A stretch of DNA of 64,000 bases from Gammaproteobacteria bacterium (GTDB taxonomy: Bacteria > Pseudomonadota > Gammaproteobacteria > SZUA-152). Location of the stretch: contig JASFOJ010000002.1 in the NCBI GenBank assembly GCA_050116575.1, positions 559-64,558 of the forward strand, written 5' to 3'. The translations under genes were made by a program, and so were the position numbers. Positions 41,956 to 51,391 of this stretch are shown here, piece after piece (the stretch's first letter is position 1; each line of letters begins with the position of its first letter). The notes beneath the pieces were generated by a model. That model ran no database searches, was not told the origin of the DNA, and worked only from the letters and a program-made list of their open reading frames with translations.

Positions 41956-44156
41956 TTAAATTTGTAATCAACGCGGAGGAAAATCTCCCGCCCGGATTGC
42001 GGGTAGTCATTTTGGTAGCCGGGCTTGGACACCCCGCCCAAAGGCATTGAAACCATGGGCGACGGATATATCACATCATTGTCGAACAGGTTACGGATAC
42101 CGGCCCGTAAATTGAAGTTACGCCGCCCAAGGTTGAAAACATTAGCGGAAATATCAAATACCGTGTAACCATCCAGCGCTGGACGGGTATCCGATACCTC
42201 ACGCCCCCTGTCACCCACTGCTTTCATTTGAAAACCAAATGCGTAGTCGGGCCATGGCTGGATCAACAACGCCAGGCTTCCCGTCAATTGGGCAACACCG
42301 GGCACTTCATCGCCGGTCTGATCGTTTTCAGCATTCAATGATGTTAATGTGGTATCGATCTTGAGCTTCCTTGTTAATTGATGCTGCAATTCCAGCTCCA
42401 GACCGGCGGTTTTGATTTTTCCCTGGTTGACGTAGCGCTTGTTTAACGTATCAATAACAATCAGATCCTGAACGCTGAAATAAAATACCGTTGAACGGAA
42501 CACTGTAACGCCACTGTTATATACGTAACCCGCCTCAATCGTATCCACATTCTCCGACTTCAGATCCGGATTGCCCTGTACCACCAGGTTGTTCTGGGTA
42601 TACATTTCGAGAAACGTCGGTGGCCGGAACGACCGCGCGTATTGAAACTTCAATGTCTGCATATCCGCAAGCTGATAGACACCAGCAAACCGCGGGGTAA
42701 TGTCACTGTCGACATCACTATAATCGTCGAAACGCAAGCCCATGGTCAGTTTGAACCGGTCATTCACGGCAAACTGATCCTGCGCATAGACGCCGACCAC
42801 CCGCCGACTGTGGTTTTCTTCGAGCCAGTTTTGATTCCCACTCAAACGCAGGACGGCGTAGGATGGATCGATGGGCTGTAGCGTTTGGGGGTCGTAGTTA
42901 CGATTAACATAAGTCTCCCCTTGATCAATCCAGGAAATATCAATACCCAGCAACCAATCATGATCTGCCATACCCTTGTAGTTGAACTCCGATCCCACAT
43001 AGATCCTGTCGTCTTCGTAGTTGGGACCGCCCAACACGCCATCGGGATAAACAAACGGCGACGACGGCGACGAGGGATTGGGTACGGAAAAATCCGCCGG
43101 GAACAACTCATGGGTCACGCTGTCCAGGTCAAAGGTCAACAAACCAACCGTGCCTTTTGCGCGCCAGTCCGGCCGGATTTGCCATTTGCGGGACAATTCG
43201 AAACTGTTCATGGTAATAGTTCTGACCACATGCTGATGGTCTTCCGGCAACGCATTGGCCAAACCAAAATAGTCACCGATTCCCTGCTGCACGTGCTGCC
43301 AGCTGAACAGGTAATCCCGGTAATCAACATCCAGTATCAGCGCCTCATGGTCTTCCTTGTTGTTGATTTTACCGGGTGCGTTGGATATTCCTTGCTGCGA
43401 AGTTCCGAACAAAATATCGGGTCCGGCCTCCACGTCGCCGCCATCCGCTGATACACGCGCTACATTGAGATTAAACGACAGGTCCTTGCCGGGTAGTTCA
43501 TCCGAATACATACCGCCATAGGTTCTTTTACCCAGGTCACTGACACTTGCAAATAGCCCCGTCTCATTCTTGCGGGTAATAATATTAATGACCCCAACCG
43601 AGGCGTATTCCCCGTAGATGGCCGATCCCGGCCCACGAATCACTTCGATGCGTTCCACCTGTTCAATGGGAAGAATCAGCAACGTGGTCGCCGCGCCAAG
43701 GGTCGCATTAAACGGCGTGTTGTTTAATAGAAACTTAACCTTGTTGCTGAAAAAAGATTTACCAATACCGCGCACCAGGATTTGCGGCTGGCCGTCATTG
43801 GTCCGCGAGATTTCCACACCGGGGATCAATCCCAAAGCTTCGTGAACATTTTGCACCCCGCGGGCCAGTAAATCCTTGCCGTGCAATACACTCATAATGC
43901 CCGGCACGAAGTCCACATTCATTTTGGTTTTGGTTGCCAGTTCTGTTTCCTGGTCCAGCAACTGAACCAGTTCCTGTAACACTTCGTCGGTATGTTGTTC
44001 GTGGACAGGCGGCGTCACCTCAGATGCGCCCTCTTCCTCTGGCGGTGGAAGTTCCTGGGCGTAGGTGGATATGGGTCCGCCCGATAAAATGAACAAACCA
44101 GCAAGCAACCACCGGCCTGCAAGATGTCGGATATGATTAACTGGAAAAATGCGCAT
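41952..44156 (-). CDS. TonB-dependent outer-membrane receptor
   Basis: It has a signal peptide, a plug domain (VEISRTNDGQPQILVRGIG, IEVIRGPGSAIYGEYASVGVINIITR), and a long beta-barrel with a C-terminal aromatic ending. Confidence 0.85.
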   Translation of the reverse strand: MRIFPVNHIRHLAGRWLLAGLFILSGGPISTYAQELPPPEEEGASEVTPPVHEQHTDEVLQELVQLLDQETELATKTKMNVDFVPGIMSVLHGKDLLARGVQNVHEALGLIPGVEISRTNDGQPQILVRGIGKSFFSNKVKFLLNNTPFNATLGAATTLLILPIEQVERIEVIRGPGSAIYGEYASVGVINIITRKNETGLFASVSDLGKRTYGGMYSDELPGKDLSFNLNVARVSADGGDVEAGPDILFGTSQQGISNAPGKINNKEDHEALILDVDYRDYLFSWQHVQQGIGDYFGLANALPEDHQHVVRTITMNSFELSRKWQIRPDWRAKGTVGLLTFDLDSVTHELFPADFSVPNPSSPSSPFVYPDGVLGGPNYEDDRIYVGSEFNYKGMADHDWLLGIDISWIDQGETYVNRNYDPQTLQPIDPSYAVLRLSGNQNWLEENHSRRVVGVYAQDQFAVNDRFKLTMGLRFDDYSDVDSDITPRFAGVYQLADMQTLKFQYARSFRPPTFLEMYTQNNLVVQGNPDLKSENVDTIEAGYVYNSGVTVFRSTVFYFSVQDLIVIDTLNKRYVNQGKIKTAGLELELQHQLTRKLKIDTTLTSLNAENDQTGDEVPGVAQLTGSLALLIQPWPDYAFGFQMKAVGDRGREVSDTRPALDGYTVFDISANVFNLGRRNFNLRAGIRNLFDNDVIYPSPMVSMPLGGVSKPGYQNDYPQSGREIFLRVDYKFN

Positions 44157-44327
44157 GATCTTTAGCCTGCCCCCTGAGGCAGATCATTACCCCGACTAAA
44201 TTGGAAAAATTATCGCTCCGGCACACCTACAGGTATTCTAAGTATAATGACTGATGTGCTCTCACTATTATATGAGCAGCTTTTGGCCAAAGTAAAACGT
44301 TAAATTCGTTAAAAAGCGGGAAAGGAT

Positions 44328-45659
44328 CTAGATGTGAAAGCCGGCTCGAGCCGAAACACGCCTCATCAACACGGCCATGCTGATGGCGCGCGCGGTCATG
44401 AAAAGCACAAAGGCCAGCCAAAGGCCGTGATTGCGCAAGGGTAACAGTAAATACCATGCCGGTAAGAATATGAAAACGGTGGAAAACAACATAGTGTTAC
44501 GCATTTCGGCGGACCGCGTTGTACCCACATAGACACCATCAAACATAAAGCTCCAAACGGATATCAGAGGCAACAATACAACCCACGGCAGGTACATCAG
44601 GGCGGTCTGGCGTACGGGGTCAATGTCCGTCATCAAGGCAATCACCCAGTTACCCAGTAACCAGTAAACGCCTGCAATGAGTAGACAGGTAACAACCGCC
44701 CACAATGCGCTGGTCTTTATCGCCGCAAAATAAGCGTCACGGTCCCTGGCACCCACCGCTTTACCAACCAGGGCTTCTGCAGCATGAGCGAAACCGTCCA
44801 GCGCGTACGCCATAAAGGTCTGCATATTGAACAGTATCGCATTGGCGGCCAACACGGTATCACCGAACCGTGCGCCCTGCGCTGTAAAAAACCCCAGCGT
44901 AAACATCAGGCACAGGTTACGGACAAAAATATCCTTGTTGATGGCTATCAATTTGCGAACTTTTTGTTTGTCGAAAACACGCGCTTGCCACAGTTCACCG
45001 GGATGTAACTTTAATAGTGCTATTGCCATCCACAGAGCCAAACCCAATCCAAAATATTCGGCGATCAATGACGCCCAGGCGACACCACTGGCGCCATACC
45101 CCAGCCCCATGACAAACAGAAAATCCAGCAGCATATTAATTAGATTGACGAACGTCAGCAGATACAACGGCGCACGGGCGTTTTGCATCCCCAGAAACCA
45201 GCCCAGCAGTACATAATTCATGAATGTGGCCGGAGCGCTCCAGATACGAATATCAAAGTACAAACGGCCATACTGCTCCACCTGATCACTGCCCTGGATA
45301 ACCTGGAACGCAACCCAGGCAACCGGCGACTGCAATAAGATAATCAACAAAGCTATGACGCCGGCAATCAACAAGGCCCGCGCCAGGGTGGCGCGCAACT
45401 CATCATTATCGTTTTCCCCATAGGCCTGCGCGGTAATCCCGGTGGTGCCCATGCGTAAAAACCCGAACCCCCAAAATACGATACCGAAAATTGCAGCACC
45501 CACGGAAACCGCTCCCATATGGTGCGGCTGGCCCAGATGCCCGACCACGGCGGTATCGACAATACCCAGTAATGGCACCGTCAGGTTGGAGAGGATCATG
45601 GGACCGGCGATGCGCCAGACCTTGCCATGCGGCCCATGGCGGGAAAAGTGGTCAGTCAT
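44328..45659 (-). CDS. MATE-family efflux transporter (DinF/NorM-like)
   Basis: The 443-aa product has 12 TM helices and the MATE N-terminal motif (ILSNLTVPLLGIVDTAVVGHLG). Confidence 0.85.
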   Translation of the reverse strand: MTDHFSRHGPHGKVWRIAGPMILSNLTVPLLGIVDTAVVGHLGQPHHMGAVSVGAAIFGIVFWGFGFLRMGTTGITAQAYGENDNDELRATLARALLIAGVIALLIILLQSPVAWVAFQVIQGSDQVEQYGRLYFDIRIWSAPATFMNYVLLGWFLGMQNARAPLYLLTFVNLINMLLDFLFVMGLGYGASGVAWASLIAEYFGLGLALWMAIALLKLHPGELWQARVFDKQKVRKLIAINKDIFVRNLCLMFTLGFFTAQGARFGDTVLAANAILFNMQTFMAYALDGFAHAAEALVGKAVGARDRDAYFAAIKTSALWAVVTCLLIAGVYWLLGNWVIALMTDIDPVRQTALMYLPWVVLLPLISVWSFMFDGVYVGTTRSAEMRNTMLFSTVFIFLPAWYLLLPLRNHGLWLAFVLFMTARAISMAVLMRRVSARAGFHI

Positions 45660-45880
45660 GCAAAACCCGGCTTAACCGTTACGTGCGTGGAAGGAAAATG
45701 ACTATGGAACTATATTCAATGCTGTATTTTTTAACGCAGAGACGCAAGGACGCAAAGTTTTTCAATTTTAATTGCTGGAACTTTACGTCGCCGCACCTCT
45801 GCGTTAAGTCTTTTTTGGATATTTCTTTTTCTTTTATATATTACTTTATCTTTGCGTCTCGGCGCCTTTGCGTTGAATCT
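45660..45880. repeat. Intergenic inverted-repeat element C (TTAACGCAGAGACGCAAGGACGCAAAG hairpin plus second CTTTGCGTCTCGGCGCCTTTGCGTTGAA arm)
   Basis: The left arm at 45731-45757 pairs with an internal imperfect inverse copy at 45781-45807 (about a 23-nt loop). A second right-arm copy lies at 45851-45878 after an AT-rich spacer. It shares its motif with elements A and B. Confidence 0.6.
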
Positions 45881-47065
45881 TTATTTTTGCATCATCACTT
45901 CGTTGGCCGCTTTTACCGCGACGCCGGAATTAATGGGCGCCTTCATATCGGTAAGCACGGCATCCAGTGCGCCCAGGCACAACAAAATGTTGTCCACGCG
46001 GCTGGCATACCCCATCAGACCGATGCGCCAGACTTTACCGGCCAGAGCACCCAGTCCGGCACCGATTTCCAGGTTGAATTCATCCAGCAGCCGCTTGCGC
46101 ACCAGGGCTTCGTCAACGCCTTGCGGCACCGTAACGCTGTTAAGTTGCGGCAAACGGTCCTGTTCTCTGACGATAAATTCCAGTCCCATGGCTTCGATAC
46201 CGGCGCGCAGGATGTTGTGATTCCGTTGATGACGTGCCCAGGCATTTTCCAGCCCTTCTTCCTGCAGCATCACCAACGCCTCGTGTAATCCGTACAATGC
46301 GTTAATAGGCGCGGTATGGTGATAAGCACGCTTGCCCTCCCCACCCCAGTAACCCATGACCAGGTTGAGATCCAGAAACCAGCTCTGGACTTTCCTGTTG
46401 CGGTTTTTGATTTTCTCGATGGCCCGTTCACTGAAACTCACCGGCGACAAACCGGGCGTGCACGACAAACATTTCTGCGTGCCCGAATAAATGGCATCAA
46501 TACCCCAGCCATCCACCTCCAACGGACTACCGCCCAACGATGTCACGGCATCCACGATGGTCAGACAATCGTGCTCGCGGGCAATTTCACACAGTTGCCT
46601 GGCATCGGAACAGGCCCCAGTGGAGGTTTCGGCATGCACGAATGCCACGATTTTCGCATCCGGGTTGGCTTTTAACGTATCGCGCAACTTGTCGGGGTCC
46701 ACCGCCGATCCCCACTGGTCTTCCACCATGACGGCGGTGGCGCCGATGCGCTCGACGTTTTCCTTCATACGGCCACCAAACACACCGTTCTGGCAAATAA
46801 CGACTTTGTCTTCCGGTTCCACCAGGTTCACAAAACAGGTTTCCATGCCCGCCGATCCCGGCGCCGACACGGGAATGGTTAACTGGTTTTGCGTTTTAAA
46901 CGCATACTGCAGTAGCTCTTTCATGTCATCCATCATGGCGACAAATACCGGGTCCAGATGACCGATGGTGGGACGCGCCAGAGCACTGAGAATGCGGGGA
47001 TGGACGTCAGACGGTCCCGGCCCCATCAACGTGCGTACCGGCGGAATAAAGGAAGTTTTTGACAT
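45881..47065 (-). CDS. Class-V aminotransferase (serine--glyoxylate / alanine--glyoxylate aminotransferase family)
   Basis: The 394-aa product has the PLP-lysine context SGTQKCLSCTPG and AGT-family blocks. Confidence 0.85.
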   Translation of the reverse strand: MSKTSFIPPVRTLMGPGPSDVHPRILSALARPTIGHLDPVFVAMMDDMKELLQYAFKTQNQLTIPVSAPGSAGMETCFVNLVEPEDKVVICQNGVFGGRMKENVERIGATAVMVEDQWGSAVDPDKLRDTLKANPDAKIVAFVHAETSTGACSDARQLCEIAREHDCLTIVDAVTSLGGSPLEVDGWGIDAIYSGTQKCLSCTPGLSPVSFSERAIEKIKNRNRKVQSWFLDLNLVMGYWGGEGKRAYHHTAPINALYGLHEALVMLQEEGLENAWARHQRNHNILRAGIEAMGLEFIVREQDRLPQLNSVTVPQGVDEALVRKRLLDEFNLEIGAGLGALAGKVWRIGLMGYASRVDNILLCLGALDAVLTDMKAPINSGVAVKAANEVMMQK

Positions 47066-47175
47066 GATAACGTCTCGCTTACAGTAGGTTAAAAGACAAT
47101 CGCGTAGTATAAAAGGCCCTAATGACCACGATCAACCGCAAAAACGCTGTGCCAATTGGCAAGGCCCGGGTCGAG

Positions 47176-48396
47176 TTATAGATTATTCTCCGCAACCAGT
47201 TCAATCCAGTGTTTTACCGGCACGGAAGCGTCCCGTTGCAGATGCTTCAGGCAACCGATATTGGCGGTGGCAATCATCTGCGGCTGGTGTTTTTCCAGCG
47301 CCGTTAATTTATTAATCAGCAATTGCTCGGAAATAGCGGTCTGCAGTAGCGCATAGGTTCCCGCCGCGCCACAGCACAAGTGGGCATCGGCGACGGGCAC
47401 CAGTTCATAGCCCAGCCGTTGTAACAGGGATTCCACCACACCGTCCAGTTGCTGGCCGTGCTGCAGGGTACACGGCGATTGAAAAGCGAGTTTTTGCGGT
47501 TCCGCCAACACCTTGAGGGCACCCGCATCAACACTGGTGACCACTTCACTGATATCTTTGGCCAGCGCCGAAACCCGCCGTGCTTTTTCGCCATAGCGCG
47601 CATCGCTTCGCAACAAATAGCCATAGTTTTTCACATGGGGAGCACAACCACTGGCGGTCACGACAATGGCTTCGATACCTTCCTCGATGAGAGGCCACCA
47701 ACGATCGATATTACGGCGCATGGTTTGCGCGGCGTCATCGGTCTTTGCCAGGTGCTGACTTACCGCACCGCAGCAGGTGTTATTCTCCGGCTCCTCGACC
47801 AGGGTAATGCCGAGCCGGTCAGCCACCTGGGCAGCGGCGCGATTGATGTCCGGCGCCAGTTGCGATTGTACACAGCCCTTTAACAACAACATCTTTTTCG
47901 CATGCGTGGAAGCCGGAAAAGACAGGCGCGGTTTTTTAACTTCCAGCCCCGATTCCAGGTGCGTCGGCACCACGTATTTAAACCAGCGGCCCAACGCCAG
48001 CAACCAGCGAAAGCGTTGTACATTGGGCAATACCTTGTTAAACACCGACCTTTTCAACCGTTGCCAGGCAGGACGCGGCACTTTTGTTTCGACCAGTTGT
48101 TGGCCGATTTCCAGCAACCGGGAATACTCCACGCCCGACGGACAGGTGGTTTCACAGGCCCGGCAAATAAGACAGCGGTCGAGATGCAACTGCGATTTTT
48201 CGCTGACCTCTTTGCCTTCCAGCATCTGTTTAATGAGATAAATGCGCCCGCGCGGCCCGTCCAGTTCATCGCCCAGCAACTGATAGGTGGGACAGGTAGC
48301 ATTGCAAAACCCGCAATGCACACAACGGCGCAGAATATCATTGGCAATTTTGCCTTCGTCAGAATCGGTATAAGGTTTGACGAAATCCGTGCGCAT
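47176..48396 (-). CDS. glcF: Glycolate oxidase iron-sulfur subunit
   Basis: It has two ferredoxin motifs (CVHCGFCNATCP, CLICRACETTCP) plus CCG domains. Confidence 0.85.
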   Translation of the reverse strand: MRTDFVKPYTDSDEGKIANDILRRCVHCGFCNATCPTYQLLGDELDGPRGRIYLIKQMLEGKEVSEKSQLHLDRCLICRACETTCPSGVEYSRLLEIGQQLVETKVPRPAWQRLKRSVFNKVLPNVQRFRWLLALGRWFKYVVPTHLESGLEVKKPRLSFPASTHAKKMLLLKGCVQSQLAPDINRAAAQVADRLGITLVEEPENNTCCGAVSQHLAKTDDAAQTMRRNIDRWWPLIEEGIEAIVVTASGCAPHVKNYGYLLRSDARYGEKARRVSALAKDISEVVTSVDAGALKVLAEPQKLAFQSPCTLQHGQQLDGVVESLLQRLGYELVPVADAHLCCGAAGTYALLQTAISEQLLINKLTALEKHQPQMIATANIGCLKHLQRDASVPVKHWIELVAENNL

Positions 48397-49472
48397 CAGA
48401 TTTCGTCCTCATACATTCGATGCCGATTGAGAATTTTTTCCGGATCAAAAGCGTGTTTCAGTTTATGATGGATCGCCATCAACGCCGCCGGTAACGGGTG
48501 AAACACACCCATCGATTCCTGCTGCTGCCAGTACTCGCGGTGTCGAAACAACGTGGCGTACCCGCCTTCCGCCGCAACGGCATCGCGTACGTCACCGGGC
48601 GGTAAATCGGTTTTCAGCCAGCGCAGCGCACCGCCCCAGTCAAATAACCAGTTGCCGGGTATTCCCAGATGCAATGTTGCCGGCGCCAGCGATAACCGCC
48701 ACAGGGGAAAATCATCGCCGAAGAAAAAATGTTCCTGCTCTTTCAATTGCCGCCAAAAGTCAGCGCCATGCTGCAATTGATCGCCGGCGATTTTCCGCCG
48801 CGCTTCTTTGATACCCGCTTCAGTGCCGGAAAGGCGTATAATGACCGCTTCGCCGTCATAGCAAAGGGCACTCAGCGGCAACGGCTGTCCGGCGCGGGCG
48901 CTCATAATATCAATGGCTTCATTCACATGTGCCGGCATGGCCAGCGTCACTTCATGTTCCGGGATGGGTAATACTTTGAGTGACACCTCCAGCACCACGC
49001 CCAGGGTACCCAATGCGCCCGTCATTAAACGGGATACATCATAGCCGGCAACATTCTTGATCACCTTGCCGCCGAATTCGATGACTTCCCCTTTACCGGT
49101 CAACACCTTGCAACCCAGTACAAAATCGCGCGCACTGCCCGCAAACGGGCGGCGCGGACCGGAAAGTCCACAGGCAATGGTGCCGCCAATAGTGGCACTG
49201 TCGCCAAAAGCCGGGGGTTCAAAGGGCAGCATCTGACCTTCAGCCGCCAGTTGTTGTTGCAACTCCCGTAACGGCGTGCCGGCGCGTACCGTGACCACCA
49301 GTTCTTTGGGTTCGTATTCCACCACACCGTTGTGACCATTTACGGCCAACGGCTTGCCGTCGCAGTCATTGCTGTAAAACGTTTTTGAACCGCCGCCGTT
49401 GATCACCAGCGGCGTTTTATCGTTGTAGGCCTGCTCCACCTGCGCCTGCAATTGTTGGGTAATATCGCTCAC
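48396..49472 (-). CDS. glcE: Glycolate oxidase FAD-binding subunit
   Basis: The 358-aa product has a FAD-binding PCMH domain and overlaps the glcF start by 1 nt. Confidence 0.85.
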   Translation of the reverse strand: MSDITQQLQAQVEQAYNDKTPLVINGGGSKTFYSNDCDGKPLAVNGHNGVVEYEPKELVVTVRAGTPLRELQQQLAAEGQMLPFEPPAFGDSATIGGTIACGLSGPRRPFAGSARDFVLGCKVLTGKGEVIEFGGKVIKNVAGYDVSRLMTGALGTLGVVLEVSLKVLPIPEHEVTLAMPAHVNEAIDIMSARAGQPLPLSALCYDGEAVIIRLSGTEAGIKEARRKIAGDQLQHGADFWRQLKEQEHFFFGDDFPLWRLSLAPATLHLGIPGNWLFDWGGALRWLKTDLPPGDVRDAVAAEGGYATLFRHREYWQQQESMGVFHPLPAALMAIHHKLKHAFDPEKILNRHRMYEDEI

Positions 49473-49495
49473 GGGGTCGTCTTGGCTTTTAAGTT

Positions 49496-50962
49496 TTAGA
49501 ACCTTTCGAGTTCCGGGAACGGCATATTACCGTCATGGATATGCATGGCACCGAACTCGGCGCAGCGATGCAGAGTGGGCACGGCTTTTCCGGGATTTAA
49601 CAACTGCTTGTCGTCGAAGGCGTGCTTGATGGCGTGAAACTGCTGCAAGGCAAGAGGCGAAAACTGCACGCACATTTGGTTGATTTTCTCGACGCCCACA
49701 CCGTGCTCGCCGGTAATGGTACCGCCCACTTCGACGCAGGTTTCGAGAATCTTTCCGCCCAGTTGCTCCGCCTGTTGCAACTCACCTTCCTTGTTAGCAT
49801 CATAAAGAATCAGCGGATGCAAATTGCCGTCACCGGCATGAAACACATTGGCCACCGCCAATCCATACTCGGCCGATAGATCGGCAATGCGTTGCAACAC
49901 GTGGGGTAATTGGTGCCGCGGTATGGTGCCATCCATGCAGTAATAATCCGGCGAAATACGCCCCACGGCGGGAAACGCCGCTTTGCGCCCTTTCCACATG
50001 AGGTCCCGTTCTTGGGCGCTGGATGATACCCGCACCAGGGTGGCGCCGGCCTGTTTCAATACGGTATCCACGCGGCTGATTTGTTCCTGAACCTCGTCTT
50101 TCGTTCCGTCCAGCTCGCACAACAGGATGGCAGCGGCATCGGTGGGATAACCGGCATGCACAAACGCTTCACTGGCCCGTATGGACGGATTGTCCATCAT
50201 TTCCAGCCCGGCAGGCACGATACCGGCGGCGATAATATTGCCCACCGCGCGACCTGCTGACACCACGTCATCGTAAGCGGCCAATACCACTTGTGCCGCG
50301 GGCGGTTTAGGCAACAGCTTGACGGTAATCTCCACGATAATAGCCAGCATGCCTTCGGAACCGGTCATTAGCGCCAGTAAATCGTATCCGGCGGCATCGT
50401 AGCCGCTGCCACCAAGGGTTAACAACGCCCCGTCAGCGGTAACGACTTTTAATTGCTGGATATTGTGGACGGTCAGGCCATATTTCAGGCAATGGACACC
50501 GCCTGAGTTTTCCGCCACGTTACCACCAATGGAACAGGCGATTTGCGACGAGGGGTCCGGCGCATAATAAAGGCCATAAGGGGCCGCCGCTTCCGAGATC
50601 GCCAGGTTGCGCACCCCGGGTTGCACCCGTGCCGTGCGGTTCAACTGGTCAATGTCCAGAATTTGGTTGAATTTCGCCAGGCTGAGTAAAACGCCATGAG
50701 ATAGGGGCAACGCACCGCCCGATAATCCAGTGCCGGCACCGCGGGCCACGATGGGCACCCCGGCCGCGGCGCAATGGCGAACTATGGCCTGAACCTGGTC
50801 AATAGTCTCCGGCAGAACCACCAGCCAGGGCAGTTCGCGATAAGCGGATAATCCGTCGCATTCATAGGGGCGCAAATCCTCTTCCGAGGTTAATATGGCG
50901 GAATCCGCCAGGCAGGTTTGCAACTGGCGAATCAGTTGCTGTTTTTGATGAGTGTCAGGCAC
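49496..50962 (-). CDS. glcD: Glycolate oxidase subunit GlcD (FAD-linked oxidase)
   Basis: The 488-aa product has VVARGAGTGLSGGALP and a C-terminal GEHGVG. Confidence 0.9.
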   Translation of the reverse strand: MPDTHQKQQLIRQLQTCLADSAILTSEEDLRPYECDGLSAYRELPWLVVLPETIDQVQAIVRHCAAAGVPIVARGAGTGLSGGALPLSHGVLLSLAKFNQILDIDQLNRTARVQPGVRNLAISEAAAPYGLYYAPDPSSQIACSIGGNVAENSGGVHCLKYGLTVHNIQQLKVVTADGALLTLGGSGYDAAGYDLLALMTGSEGMLAIIVEITVKLLPKPPAAQVVLAAYDDVVSAGRAVGNIIAAGIVPAGLEMMDNPSIRASEAFVHAGYPTDAAAILLCELDGTKDEVQEQISRVDTVLKQAGATLVRVSSSAQERDLMWKGRKAAFPAVGRISPDYYCMDGTIPRHQLPHVLQRIADLSAEYGLAVANVFHAGDGNLHPLILYDANKEGELQQAEQLGGKILETCVEVGGTITGEHGVGVEKINQMCVQFSPLALQQFHAIKHAFDDKQLLNPGKAVPTLHRCAEFGAMHIHDGNMPFPELERF

Positions 50963-51391
50963 GTTGATTTTATAATGCTGGTTTTCAGATAATACCGGTC
51001 ACAAAATGGTTAACATGAGTGGCCGGGTATTCATTTATTAATACGTTTAATAAAACGTATTGTAGATCGGGTATTGTAAACCCATAGCAATCAGGCGATA
51101 TTGCGGGCGTCCCGAACCTCACCCATCCGTATCGCTATTGACGTTCCGGCGTTTTCATCGCCAGAATCGGGATTATATAAACCCGTATTGAATGACTGCA
51201 ACTTAAGCTGTTCAATTAGCAGCAATAACGGCGCCATTAGTATGGGATTTGCCGTGATTGGAGGTTTCTGTGGAGATCTCTCTGCAGGCAGAAATAGTGT
51301 ACTTGATGGCACTTTACCTGCAATAAAGACTCACAACAACGCAACCATAAGTACAAGTACACGATAGCACCTTAAATCCACTAAGTGAGAC

